Source: Gemmatimonadota bacterium
GTDB taxonomy: Bacteria; Gemmatimonadota; Gemmatimonadetes; Palauibacterales; Palauibacteraceae
Length of the DNA: 31,830 bases
Direction: 5' to 3'
Assembly (NCBI GenBank): GCA_039588275.1
Contig: JBDHAC010000038.1
Location: 1 to 31,830, forward strand
Of this stretch, positions 10,955 through 20,943 are shown piece after piece; position 1 is the stretch's first letter, and each line of letters opens with the position of its first letter. The position numbers and the translations under genes are program-made. The notes beneath the pieces were generated by a model that was not told the DNA's origin, did no database searches, and saw only the letters and a list, made by a program, of their open reading frames with translations.

Positions 10955-11242
10955 CTAGGCCCCGGGTAGCCGCTTCAACTCGCGACGGCCCGCCGCCGCC
11001 CCGGCGCCTACTCCTATCCCGAAGAGGATTGCCGTGGGGACTCCGACGATCGGCAGGAGCCCGACCACCGGCAGCGCGACGCCGGTTGCCAGCACGCCGG
11101 CCAAGGCCGGCACGTGCCGCTTGTGGACGGCATCCACGAACCGGAGCCGGTTCCGTACGAAACGCTTCACCGTGATGTATCCTGCGATCGAGGCCACGCC
11201 GGTGATCAACAACCACAGGAACGCGCCCATGAGCTCGAACAT
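10955..11242 (-). CDS. Small membrane protein of unknown function (95 aa)
   Basis: AGGAGG SD before ATG; three hydrophobic segments separated by a basic loop (KRFVRNRLRFVD). Confidence 0.75.
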   Translation of the reverse strand: MFELMGAFLWLLITGVASIAGYITVKRFVRNRLRFVDAVHKRHVPALAGVLATGVALPVVGLLPIVGVPTAILFGIGVGAGAAAGRRELKRLPGA

Positions 11243-11270
11243 TGTAGGACCTCCTGGCGGTCTTTACGGC

Positions 11271-12656
11271 ATGGTCAGGTCGACGGTTTCAGGCCCGCCG
11301 AGTTCACAGCGAGTCTCCAGGCGTCTGTGCACCTGGGGAACCGTGGCCGCCTTCGCGCTCCTCGGTGGCTGCGATGACCCCGCCGCAGGGGCGTTGGAAG
11401 ACGTGCTCGACGCCTACGATAACCTGGCGGCGCGCTCGCCGTGGCCCGGGTTCGATGCCCGCCAGATCCCGCTCGCTCTCTTTGATGATGAGCGCACCTA
11501 CCTTTACCGTCACCCGGCTCCACCGGCCGGGTTCCGCCAGCTACGCGGGCTCGACGGCGTGCTGGTTCTCGATTCTCTGCACCCGGCGATGCGCGCGAAT
11601 ACGTCCATCGAGCTCGCCGGCGCGCTGACCGCGACCGTTCACATGGCACCCGATGGGGCGGGGACGCCGGAAGCGCTCGCCAGGCTCCTAATCCATGAGG
11701 CGTTCCACGCCTTCCAGAGCGAGGCTCACCCCGGGTGGACCGCGAACGAGGCGGACCTGTTCGTATACCCGGTCGATCGAGTGTCATTCCTGCAGCAACG
11801 ACGTCTGGAGACCGGAGCCCTCCGCCGGGCGCTCACCGCGCCGGATTCCGTGCGTACACTTTGCTGGTCGAATGCTTTTCTGCGGATGCGCGACGCCCGC
11901 TTCGAGCGTCTCCCGTCCGAGGCCGTCGCCTACGAGCGCGGGACCGAGCTGCGCGAGGGCCTGGCACGCTACGTGGAGGCCGCGGCGGCCGGCGACCCGG
12001 TTCCGAGCCTGCCGGGAGACGGGTTCGCGCCCGAGGACATCCGCCAACGCTCCTATGCCACGGGGCACGCCCTTGGAGGGCTCCTGGATCTCCTGGACCG
12101 CGGCTGGAAGACGCGACTCGAGGAGGGTGAGGTCGAATCACTGGACGCGGCACTCGGTGCGGCGACCGCGGGGCTGGATGTGAGGCGCTGCGGGCCGTCC
12201 CCCGACGAGATCGCGCGGGCGCGGACCGTCGCTCGATCGGATAGCGCCAGCCTGGCGCGACGCAACGAGGGGGCGCGCCGTGAGTTCGAAGAGGCGCTCG
12301 GTTGGCGTATAGTGATCGAGGCTTCGGACTCCGCTCCCCTGATTCCGGGCGGGTTCGACCCTCTCAACGTGCGAATCCTCGATCGGACTCACGTGCTGCA
12401 CGACCGGTGGTTGCAGCTCTCCAACGACTCGGTGACCATCGAGATCCTTGGCCGTCCGTCACTGACGGCCGCGGTCGGGCCTCACCCCCTGTTCAATGGC
12501 GTGAGGCGACTCACGGTCACGGGCATCCGCTCCGAACCGACCGTGGCGGAGGGCGAAGACATGCTGAGAATCACCGCAGAGGGTGTCGAGGTGACGGCTC
12601 GGGGAGCTGTGCTCGTGCGCGAAGCGAGAGTCCTGCGCCTCGAGCTGGGTACCTAG
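11271..12656 (+). CDS. Putative lipoprotein, gluzincin-like metallopeptidase
   Basis: Lipobox LGGC, HEXXH (LIHEAFH) and downstream EGLARY. Start approximate. Confidence 0.65.
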   Translation: MVRSTVSGPPSSQRVSRRLCTWGTVAAFALLGGCDDPAAGALEDVLDAYDNLAARSPWPGFDARQIPLALFDDERTYLYRHPAPPAGFRQLRGLDGVLVLDSLHPAMRANTSIELAGALTATVHMAPDGAGTPEALARLLIHEAFHAFQSEAHPGWTANEADLFVYPVDRVSFLQQRRLETGALRRALTAPDSVRTLCWSNAFLRMRDARFERLPSEAVAYERGTELREGLARYVEAAAAGDPVPSLPGDGFAPEDIRQRSYATGHALGGLLDLLDRGWKTRLEEGEVESLDAALGAATAGLDVRRCGPSPDEIARARTVARSDSASLARRNEGARREFEEALGWRIVIEASDSAPLIPGGFDPLNVRILDRTHVLHDRWLQLSNDSVTIEILGRPSLTAAVGPHPLFNGVRRLTVTGIRSEPTVAEGEDMLRITAEGVEVTARGAVLVREARVLRLELGT

Positions 12657-12715
12657 GTCCGGGAGAGCTGGGTGACCGCGGTAGCCCGAGAGCCGGCGAG
12701 CTTGCCCTCGCCGCG

Positions 12716-14059
12716 CTACGCCCCGCGGAAGAACTGCACGTACAGGAAGAAGGCTGTCGCCGCCGTGACGCATGTGATCCCCAGCCAGGACCAGGCGCGC
12801 ATGGCTCGCCCCGGTCGCAGCTCGGGATCATCGATCAGCCTCGTGACGCAGAAGTGGTTCAGTCCGTAGAGGATCGGAGCGAGCAGGAAGCTCACGACGG
12901 CTGCGATCGACACGAGCACCACGGGATCCCCGACCAGCAACGTCTCGGCGAACGCGAGCACGAGGCTGGTGAACAGGAACCCCCACGACAGTCGCCCGCC
13001 TCGGGCGCGCAACCCCGGGAACAGACGCGTGACGGTCTCTCTGAATGCGCGGGGGAACCCGTCCAGGACGCCGTAGGCGGTCGAGAACATCCCGAAGAAC
13101 GCCGCAACGGTGAACAGCGGGAGGATCCACCCTCCAAGGCTGTCCGTGTACAACCGGCCGATCGTGAGCGCCACCTCCGCGCCCTGCGGGACAAGCCCGG
13201 CGGGCCGTAGCACCTCGGCACCGAGGGCGACGAACATTACCGCGAGAATCAGCGACAGCCCGTAGCCGAGCTGAAGGTCCAGTCTCCCGACCCGGAAGGC
13301 CCCCAGCGCCGGTGGGACGCTCGCGGAACGGGTGGCCGCCCGCTTCGCCCACTCATCTCGGCGCTCGAGGGCCCACATCGAGTGCCACACGGCGACATCG
13401 ATTCCGGTCGGCATCCAGCCCAGGATGGCCGCGAGGAGCACCACCGAGGCAGGCGGGATAGCGGGGGTCACGAGAGCCGAGACGAAGCCGGCTTCCGGCA
13501 GGCGCGCGAGGAAGGCGAACCCGGTCATGACGGCGAGGATGAGGAGCATCCACTTGCTGAGTCCTGACAGCCCGTCGAAACCGCCGGAGGCAAGGAGGCC
13601 GGCGATCGTGAGCCCGAGAATGAGGCTCCATCCAGGGATGCCCGGGGCCGGGATCGCCGTGGTGGCCACCGAAGCGGCAACGCCCAACACGCCGGCGAGT
13701 ACCGTGACTCCCTGGACGACGGTGCCTAGCAGGAACGCCCACAGCGCCCAGCCACGGGGGCCGGGAAGACGGCGATATCCCTCCAGGAGCGGTGTGCCTG
13801 TCGCGATCGCGAAGCGCGGGCCGAATTCGAACGCCGGATACTTGAACACGTGGCTGAACGGCATCACCCACAGCAACGCGTACCCGAATAGAGCGCCTGC
13901 GGTGGGAGCCAGGACCAGGTGACTGGCGCCGATCGCCGTGGCGGCCAGCACGAATCCGGGGCCGAGCCACCGGATCCGGTCCACCGCCCGGGCCCAGGCC
14001 GCGCGGGACGATACCGGGGCCGGTGCGCCGCTCCCATCGACCACCGGATCACGCCTCAT
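12716..14059 (-). CDS. NRAMP-like divalent metal transporter (APC fold)
   Basis: LGPGFVLAATAIGASHL, AGALFGYALLW, GWMP, MFST...DGFPR motifs; about 11 TM segments. Confidence 0.8.
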   Translation of the reverse strand: MRRDPVVDGSGAPAPVSSRAAWARAVDRIRWLGPGFVLAATAIGASHLVLAPTAGALFGYALLWVMPFSHVFKYPAFEFGPRFAIATGTPLLEGYRRLPGPRGWALWAFLLGTVVQGVTVLAGVLGVAASVATTAIPAPGIPGWSLILGLTIAGLLASGGFDGLSGLSKWMLLILAVMTGFAFLARLPEAGFVSALVTPAIPPASVVLLAAILGWMPTGIDVAVWHSMWALERRDEWAKRAATRSASVPPALGAFRVGRLDLQLGYGLSLILAVMFVALGAEVLRPAGLVPQGAEVALTIGRLYTDSLGGWILPLFTVAAFFGMFSTAYGVLDGFPRAFRETVTRLFPGLRARGGRLSWGFLFTSLVLAFAETLLVGDPVVLVSIAAVVSFLLAPILYGLNHFCVTRLIDDPELRPGRAMRAWSWLGITCVTAATAFFLYVQFFRGA

Positions 14060-14245
14060 CCGATCAGGCTGGTCGTCCGTAGCCCTGAGCGCAACGGTGG
14101 ACTGAACTTGTGGTTCTCGCCGCGCGAGGCCGATCCGCCGGGCAGCTTTTCACGGCCGTGCACCTTCAGTAAGCTCCGCAGACCGCGGCGCGGGCAGGCC
14201 GCGCCCGCTCCGGAGGACGGGAACCCGCCGAGTCATGGAGAAGGC

Positions 14246-14656
14246 ATGGAGCAGATACAGATCGAGTGGTGCGGTGACGGGTTGAAGTTCGAGGGGGAGC
14301 GTGACGGAATCCGAACCGCGATCGATGGCGAGGGGAAGACCGGCACGTCACCCGTGAGTCTGCTCCTCCAATCGTTGACGGCATGCACAGCGGCGGATGT
14401 CGTCGACATCCTCGCGAAGGGGCGTCAGGACCTGCACGAGCTGCGCGTGACCGCGCGCGGAGAGCGCCGTCCCGAGCCGCCCAGGCGCTATACGCGCTTC
14501 GAGCTGAAGTTCGAGATCGTGGGTGACGTGGATCCCAAGAAGGCGGAGCGGGCCGTTCAGCTGTCGTTCGACACGTACTGCAGCGTGTACCACACCCTGA
14601 AGGACGACATCGAGCTGGAGTGGAAGGTCAGCGTCCGTCCGGATCCCAGTCCGTGA
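14246..14656 (+). CDS. OsmC family protein
   Basis: GGAG SD; SPVSLLLQSLTAC and YCSV cysteine motifs. The 3' end overlaps the convergent gene by 29 bp. Confidence 0.9.
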   Translation: MEQIQIEWCGDGLKFEGERDGIRTAIDGEGKTGTSPVSLLLQSLTACTAADVVDILAKGRQDLHELRVTARGERRPEPPRRYTRFELKFEIVGDVDPKKAERAVQLSFDTYCSVYHTLKDDIELEWKVSVRPDPSP

Positions 14657-15449
14657 AGAAATCGGGGCCGTCGGGCGTCCAGATGACGACGGCGCCGCAC
14701 GTTCGACCCATCGTGCGCATGAACTCCATCGGCGTGTCGGTGGCGCCGCGATAGAGCTCCATCGCGCCCAGGTCCTCGCGCGGGATGTCATCGGGTTGCA
14801 GGCCTGACTGATACACACCGTCGAGGAAGACCGCGGGCGGGCAGTCGGCCCGGGCGCCGCGCCCGATGAACACCTCCGCCCTCCCGTGCTCGATCCTGGT
14901 CACGTGTACGCCGGGAATCCCGCGCAGCAGATCGCTGGTCAAGCGAGGACTGCGGTTTCGGATGTCCCGCGGTGTCCAGAACTCGCCGAAGCCCTTCGCA
15001 CGCCGGTCGAGAAACTCCGCCAGCTTGCGGCTCCGCCGATCGCGCCGGACCTCTACGGTCAGATCGGCCACTCGGAGGACGGTGGGGCTGAGGAGCAGCG
15101 TTACGCGACTCGTCTCACCGGCCTCCAGGGAGATCTCGGTGCGACTCGGCTCGTAGCCGATGAAGCGGACCTCGATCGTATCGAGGCCGGCGTAGGCCTG
15201 CGGGATGTTGAAGTTGCCCGTGCTGTCCGTGATCGCCCCGAAACCGGAGCCCACCGACGAGACGACCGCGCCGCCGACCGGCGCCCCGGTGGCGGCGTTT
15301 ACGACCTGTCCAACGAGCACGGCGAGCTCGCGGGCCTCCTGCCTCTCCTGTTGACCCGTCTCTTCCTGTGCCGGAAGGAGGGTTGGGGTCCCGAGGAGGA
15401 GGATCGCGATAGGGCTCGCTCGGCAGATCGTACGCGCTGTTCGTCGCAC
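14628..15449 (-). CDS. Carboxypeptidase-regulatory-like domain plus TonB plug domain, no barrel
   Basis: GGAG SD and GTG at 15449, signal peptide, TDSTGNF, FIGYEP, SDLLRGIPGV, FLDG, MELYRG, CGAVVIWT. Confidence 0.8.
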   Translation of the reverse strand: MRRTARTICRASPIAILLLGTPTLLPAQEETGQQERQEARELAVLVGQVVNAATGAPVGGAVVSSVGSGFGAITDSTGNFNIPQAYAGLDTIEVRFIGYEPSRTEISLEAGETSRVTLLLSPTVLRVADLTVEVRRDRRSRKLAEFLDRRAKGFGEFWTPRDIRNRSPRLTSDLLRGIPGVHVTRIEHGRAEVFIGRGARADCPPAVFLDGVYQSGLQPDDIPREDLGAMELYRGATDTPMEFMRTMGRTCGAVVIWTPDGPDFFTDWDPDGR

Positions 15450-15598
15450 CGAAACTCCAGTCGATCGGTCCTGCGTGCTTCGCCGGGCTGACCGGCGGGC
15501 GAAGCCTCGGATTCCGTACGCCTCGCCGCCGACTCCACAACCTAACAACTCCCGTCCGCTGCTACGGTTCCACGCGTCGGATGTTCCGTGATTCGGCG

Positions 15599-17563
15599 TC
15601 ATGTTTCCTGGGACTCGGTGTCGGAATGACGGGTCGCGACCCAGGCCACGCAGCCCAGAATCAGGAAGATCGTGAGGAGCGCCAGGCCTACGAGGACGGG
15701 CTCCGGGAAATCGGGGGCGAAGCCCTCGATGCGCCGTCCGCCTCGTATCCCCACCCAGACGGCCAGCAGCACGCCCGTAAGACCTCCCCCGCCCACGAGC
15801 CCGGACCCGAACAGCACGCCTCGCTCACGCCGGCGCTCCGAGACATCGGGGTCGGCCTTGCGCGTCAACAGGTGTCGCATCAGCCCACCGAGGAACACGG
15901 CTCCCATGGTGGACAGGGGCAGGTAGACGCCGACCGCGAAGGCGAGGACCGGGATCTTGAACAGCGCCGCCACGGAGGCGATCGCGACCCCGATGCCGAT
16001 CAGCGCCCACGGCAGATTCTGATCCAGCACGCCGTCGATGACGAGCTTCATCAACACCGCCTGCGGCGCGGGCAGCTCCGCCCCGCCGAGCCCGCCTTCC
16101 ACGTTCTGGTTGAGCATGATCACGACGAGGCAAACGAAGCCGGCCGATGTGATCACCCCGATCAGCTCGCCCAGCTGCTGTCGCTTGGGTGTGGCGCCCA
16201 GCAGGTAGCCGGTCTTCAAGTCCTGCGAGGTGTCGCCCGCGATGGAGGCCGCGATGCAGACCGCGGTCCCCACCATCAGGGCCGTGGCCTTCCCCAGCAT
16301 GTCCGTCCAACCCATCAGGTAGAAGATCAGGCTGGTACCCAACAACGTGGCGATGGTCATCCCCGACGTCGGATTCGAGGTCACTCCCACCAGACCCACG
16401 ATCCTCGAGCTGACCGTGACGAAGAAGAAGGCGAAGATGGCGATCAGGATCGATGCGAGGGCGCGTACGGCTATCGAATCGAGGTACCCGAGTATGCCCG
16501 GAACCAACGTCAGTACGAGGAGGATGGCTCCCAGGATCAGCAACACCGTCCGGAAGGACAGATCGAGGGAGGTGCGGTCGGTGGTCTGACCGGGGAGGCG
16601 CTTGCTGATCTGCGCTATGCCCAGCTTGAAGGACTCGACCATCGTGGGAATCGACTTCACCAGCGTGATGATGCCCCCTGCGGCTACGGCGCCGGCTCCG
16701 ATGTAGCGGATGTACCGGTTCCAGATGTCGCCCGCCTCCATGTCGCGAATCAACATCTCGGTTTCGGGGAAGAGCGGCTCGGTCAGGCCGCCGCCCCACC
16801 AGTTGATGAGCGGGATGATGATGAAGGCCGACAACGCGCCTCCGGCGACCATCACGGTGGCGATGCGGATCCCCAGGATGTAGCCGACCCCGATCAGGGC
16901 GGGCGACACGGCGATCGAGGCGTTGGCCTTGAAGCCCAGCGCCAGCTCGAACTCATCGCGGACGAACTTCAAGCCGTCGGTGATGAGCTTGAACAGCATC
17001 CCGACGCCCAGACCGAGGAATACGGGCGCCGCCTGGCGACCCCCGCCCTCGGCCGCGACGAGCACCTCGGCGCAAGCCAGCCCCTCGGGGTACGGCAGCA
17101 CCCCGTGCTCCTGCTTGATGAGGTAGCGCCGCAACGGGATCATGGAGAGGACGCCGATCAGACCGCCGGCCATCGCCAGCAACGTGATCTGCCCCAGGGG
17201 CGGTGACATCCCCCAGATGAAGAGCGCCGGAATCGTGAACAGCACGCCCGACGCCACCGACGAGCTCGCCGACCCGATGGTCTGCGACATGTTGGCTTCG
17301 AGGATGTTGTGCTGCATCCCGAACGCGCTCAATAGCCGGAACGCCACCACCGTCAGCACCGCGACCGGTATCGACGTGCTGATGGTCAAGCCGGCCTTCA
17401 AGCCCAGGTAGGTGTTGGCCGCGCCGAAGATGATCCCCAACAGGATCCCCGATATCGCCGCCTTCAGGGTGAACTCCGGCAACGTCAGACCGGCCGTGTA
17501 AGGCTCGTAGGTCTCGCCCGGCTTCAACTCGTAGGCTTTTGAGGAGAGCTTCTTGACACCCAT
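15599..17563 (-). CDS. OPT family oligopeptide transporter
   Basis: ANTYLGLKAGLTISTSIP, LPYPEG, VTSNPTSGMT, QDLKTGYLLGATP and APQA motifs. Confidence 0.93.
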   Translation of the reverse strand: MGVKKLSSKAYELKPGETYEPYTAGLTLPEFTLKAAISGILLGIIFGAANTYLGLKAGLTISTSIPVAVLTVVAFRLLSAFGMQHNILEANMSQTIGSASSSVASGVLFTIPALFIWGMSPPLGQITLLAMAGGLIGVLSMIPLRRYLIKQEHGVLPYPEGLACAEVLVAAEGGGRQAAPVFLGLGVGMLFKLITDGLKFVRDEFELALGFKANASIAVSPALIGVGYILGIRIATVMVAGGALSAFIIIPLINWWGGGLTEPLFPETEMLIRDMEAGDIWNRYIRYIGAGAVAAGGIITLVKSIPTMVESFKLGIAQISKRLPGQTTDRTSLDLSFRTVLLILGAILLVLTLVPGILGYLDSIAVRALASILIAIFAFFFVTVSSRIVGLVGVTSNPTSGMTIATLLGTSLIFYLMGWTDMLGKATALMVGTAVCIAASIAGDTSQDLKTGYLLGATPKRQQLGELIGVITSAGFVCLVVIMLNQNVEGGLGGAELPAPQAVLMKLVIDGVLDQNLPWALIGIGVAIASVAALFKIPVLAFAVGVYLPLSTMGAVFLGGLMRHLLTRKADPDVSERRRERGVLFGSGLVGGGGLTGVLLAVWVGIRGGRRIEGFAPDFPEPVLVGLALLTIFLILGCVAWVATRHSDTESQET

Positions 17564-17730
17564 ATGTCCGCTCGCTCGGCTACCGTGTTGCAGGTGACGA
17601 AGGCCACGGCCTATATGTCCACTGGTAGTGACGTGGGGACACAGCCTAGCCATGTAGCCGGTGCGGCCGCCATACCGGGCGCCACGGGGTGGCCGGCGCG
17701 CCGCCGGACCGGAAAGATCGGGGGAGTTTG

Positions 17731-20298
17731 ATGGAATTCGAGAAGCTGGGAGCCTTTTATCTCGGCGCCGAGCACGCCGAGGGTGAAGACCTCGATCAGC
17801 TCGTCATGTACGATGCGCGAGATCTGACCACCCACGCCGTCTGCATCGGGATGACCGGGAGCGGGAAGACGGGTTTGTGCCTCGATCTGCTGGAAGAGGC
17901 GGCTCTCGACCGGGTCCCGGCCCTCATCATCGACCCCAAGGGCGACATCACCAATCTCCTCCTGACATTTCCCGATCTACGACCCGAAGACTTCCAGCCC
18001 TGGGTGAACGTCGACGATGCCCGACGTAAAGGGATGGAGGTCGAGGAGTTCGCCGCGGCGCAGGCCGACCTGTGGCGAAAGGGGCTGGGGAAGTGGGGTC
18101 AATCGGGGGAGCGCATCAGGGCGCTGCGCGAGACGACGGACTTCTCGATCTACACGCCGGGGAGTGACGCGGGCATCCCGGTGTCCGTGATGAGCTCGTT
18201 CGCCGCCCCCGAAGGGGATTGGGAGGGCGACGCGGAGTATCTGCGGGAGCGCGTGGCCGGCACGGTCAGCGGGATCCTGGGCCTGATCGGGGTCGACGCC
18301 GATCCCGTTCAATCGCGGGAGCACATCCTGCTGGCCAACATCTTCGAGCACCACTGGAAGGCGGGCCGGGATCTGGACCTCGCGACGCTCATCCTCGCGA
18401 TCCAGGATCCGCCCGTCCGCCGGCTGGGCGTGTTCGACGTCGATACGTTCTTCCCGCAAAAGGACCGGATGGCGCTCGCGATGCAGCTCAACAACCTGAT
18501 CGCGGCCCCGGGCTTCCAGAGCTGGTTGGAGGGCCAGCCGCTGGACATCCCGGCCTTCCTGAGCACGCCGGACGGACGTCCGCGCCATTCGATCTTCTAC
18601 ATCGCGCACCTCTCAGATGCGGAGCGCATGTTCTTCGTGACGATGCTCCTCAATCAGGTGATCACCTGGATGCGGGCGCAGCCGGGAACCACGAGCCTGC
18701 GGGCGCTCCTGTACATGGACGAGATCTTCGGCTTCTTGCCGCCCGTCGCGGAGCCGCCCAGCAAACGGCCGTTCCTCACCCTCTTCAAACAGGCGCGCGC
18801 GTACGGTCTGGGGGTCGTGCTCACCACGCAGAACCCCGTGGACCTGGATTACAAGGCGCTCACGAACGCGGGGACGTGGTTCATCGGTCGTCTGCAGACC
18901 GAGCGGGACAAGATGCGCGTGCTCGAGGGACTCGAGGTGGCCGCCGCGGATGCGGGTCAGGCGCTGGGCCGGGGCGAACTCGACACGTTGATCTCGGGCC
19001 TCGACAAGCGCGTGTTCCTGCTCCACAACGTGCATGAAGATGCGCCCATCACGTTCCGGACGCGGTGGGCGATGAGCTACCTGCGCGGTCCGTTGACCCG
19101 CGACCAGGTGGCAGACCTGATGGAGGGGCGCGATCCGGAAGCGCCGGGGACGGCCGCGGCGACTCCAACCGTGCTCCGGGACACCGCGAGCACCGGCGAG
19201 CCCGCGGCACCGAGCGCGACAACCGTGGCGGGAAGAACGGGACGCGCCATGCCCGCCGGTGAGGGTGACGAGGGTGATGCCGATCTGCCAGCCACGCCGC
19301 CGGCCGTAGCGCCGGGGCTGCGCCAGGTCTACCTGCCGCTCGGCGTGGGCCGCACCGCAGCCGCGCTCGAGATCGAGAACCGGCTCGGGGCGGGCGCGGT
19401 GATCGAGAGCAGTGACATCGTCTACTCGCCCGGTCTTCTTGGCGTCGGGTCCGTGCATTTCCTGCACAAGCGTTCCGGGGCCGCGATGACCGAGGAGTTC
19501 GCGCTGCTCGCGCGACCCGACGCGCAAGACCTGATTCGTTGGGATGCCGCCGACGCGGTCGGCCCGCCCTCGGGCGAATGGGAGGAAAGCCCCGAACAGT
19601 CCGACGCGCGCTTTGCGTTCCTCCCCGAGGGCATGAACCAGGAAAACGAGGTGAAGGCGGCGGCGAAGGACCTCGCCGATCACCTGTATCGGGCTCGGAG
19701 AGTCACCCTGTATCACAGCCCCGACGTCGACGAGTACTCGCAACCGGGAGAGACCCCACAGGAGTTCCGGCTACGACTGACGCAGGCGGCGCGCGAGAAG
19801 CGAGACGCAGAGGTCGACAAGATCGAGGACCGGTACGAAAAGCAGCTCACGCGGCTCGGCGAGCGCTTGCGCCGCGCCCAGGCCATGCTCGACAAGCGCG
19901 AGGCCGAAGCCTCCGCCCGCAAGCGCGAGACGCTCGTGTCGATCGGCGAGTCGGTGGTCGGGATGTTCCTGGGACGTCGCTCCACCCGCACCGCATCATC
20001 GAGCCTGCGGCGGATGCGCATGAGCTCGTCCGCGAAGATGCGCGCCGAAGAGGCGGAGGAGAACGTCGAGGCGCTCCAGGCCGAGGTCCAGGCCATGAAC
20101 GAAAAGCTGGCGCAGGAGGTGGCCGAGATCACGGCCAAATGGGATCAGGCCGCGCTCGAGTTCGAGGAGGTGGCTGTTACGCCGCGCCGTGCCGATGTGG
20201 ACATCTCGTACGTGGCTATCGGTTGGGTACCCCACTGGCGCTCCACGGTGCGGGCGCCCGATGGACGAGTCACCGTGGAGATGAGTCGAGCGTTCTAG
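17731..20298 (+). CDS. HerA/FtsK-superfamily (DUF87-like) P-loop ATPase with C-terminal coiled coil
   Basis: GGAG SD; HAVCIGMTGSGKT Walker A, IIDPKGD, LLYMDE Walker B, QARAYG arginine finger, TQNPVD. Confidence 0.88.
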   Translation: MEFEKLGAFYLGAEHAEGEDLDQLVMYDARDLTTHAVCIGMTGSGKTGLCLDLLEEAALDRVPALIIDPKGDITNLLLTFPDLRPEDFQPWVNVDDARRKGMEVEEFAAAQADLWRKGLGKWGQSGERIRALRETTDFSIYTPGSDAGIPVSVMSSFAAPEGDWEGDAEYLRERVAGTVSGILGLIGVDADPVQSREHILLANIFEHHWKAGRDLDLATLILAIQDPPVRRLGVFDVDTFFPQKDRMALAMQLNNLIAAPGFQSWLEGQPLDIPAFLSTPDGRPRHSIFYIAHLSDAERMFFVTMLLNQVITWMRAQPGTTSLRALLYMDEIFGFLPPVAEPPSKRPFLTLFKQARAYGLGVVLTTQNPVDLDYKALTNAGTWFIGRLQTERDKMRVLEGLEVAAADAGQALGRGELDTLISGLDKRVFLLHNVHEDAPITFRTRWAMSYLRGPLTRDQVADLMEGRDPEAPGTAAATPTVLRDTASTGEPAAPSATTVAGRTGRAMPAGEGDEGDADLPATPPAVAPGLRQVYLPLGVGRTAAALEIENRLGAGAVIESSDIVYSPGLLGVGSVHFLHKRSGAAMTEEFALLARPDAQDLIRWDAADAVGPPSGEWEESPEQSDARFAFLPEGMNQENEVKAAAKDLADHLYRARRVTLYHSPDVDEYSQPGETPQEFRLRLTQAAREKRDAEVDKIEDRYEKQLTRLGERLRRAQAMLDKREAEASARKRETLVSIGESVVGMFLGRRSTRTASSSLRRMRMSSSAKMRAEEAEENVEALQAEVQAMNEKLAQEVAEITAKWDQAALEFEEVAVTPRRADVDISYVAIGWVPHWRSTVRAPDGRVTVEMSRAF

Positions 20299-20337
20299 GC
20301 CGATCGCCCGGCCGCATCGGACGCGATGCTCGAGATG

Positions 20338-20943
20338 CTATGCCGTACGTTCGGACTCGCCCCGGAGACGGGGGAAGAACATCGGCACACGAGCCCGATA
20401 ACGCGCGTACTCTTCACCAAAACGCTCGGCCAGCTCGCGCTCCTCCAGCCGCACGATCAACGCCAACCCGAGAGCGCTGATCGGGATGAGCAGGTAGACG
20501 GCCAGGTAGTTGGTGAACAGGGCGAAGGCCGACACACCCAGTATCACGCCCGTGTATCTGGGGTGACGCATCCGAGCGTACAGCCCCTCGGCCAGCAGCG
20601 TCCCGCCCTTTCCGCCTTTCTCGAGCTCCGGGGCGCCGGCCAGCACGCGGAACGTGAGCTGCTTTCTGATCCGCATCTGGATCCACACCGTGACTCCGTA
20701 ACAGGCCGCCGCCGGAATCCACAGCCAACGGTTCGTGCCGTAGTCGACGGCCAGGAGCGGGTCTCGCACCAGGTAAGCCGCCACCCCGACGCCTATGAAC
20801 ACGATCGCGAGCACGACGTAGGTGGCGCTCCTGCCGACGCTTCGCCAGAAGTCGATGAAAGGGTGCAGGATCAACCAGTAGATGATCGCCGGCGGAAACC
20901 CGACCAGACAGATCACCGCGAGAACGTACCGAGCCGTATCCAT
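20338..20943 (-). CDS. Isoprenylcysteine carboxylmethyltransferase/PEMT family membrane protein
   Basis: GLYARMRHPRY and EERELAERFGEEYARYRARVP motifs; TGATG overlap with the upstream gene. Confidence 0.9.
   Translation of the reverse strand: MDTARYVLAVICLVGFPPAIIYWLILHPFIDFWRSVGRSATYVVLAIVFIGVGVAAYLVRDPLLAVDYGTNRWLWIPAAACYGVTVWIQMRIRKQLTFRVLAGAPELEKGGKGGTLLAEGLYARMRHPRYTGVILGVSAFALFTNYLAVYLLIPISALGLALIVRLEERELAERFGEEYARYRARVPMFFPRLRGESERTA

Noticed and set aside
17731..20298. HerA-based anti-phage system or conjugative coupling protein
   Set aside because: No Sir2, nuclease, relaxase or T4SS partner is adjacent; the neighbours are housekeeping-type genes.
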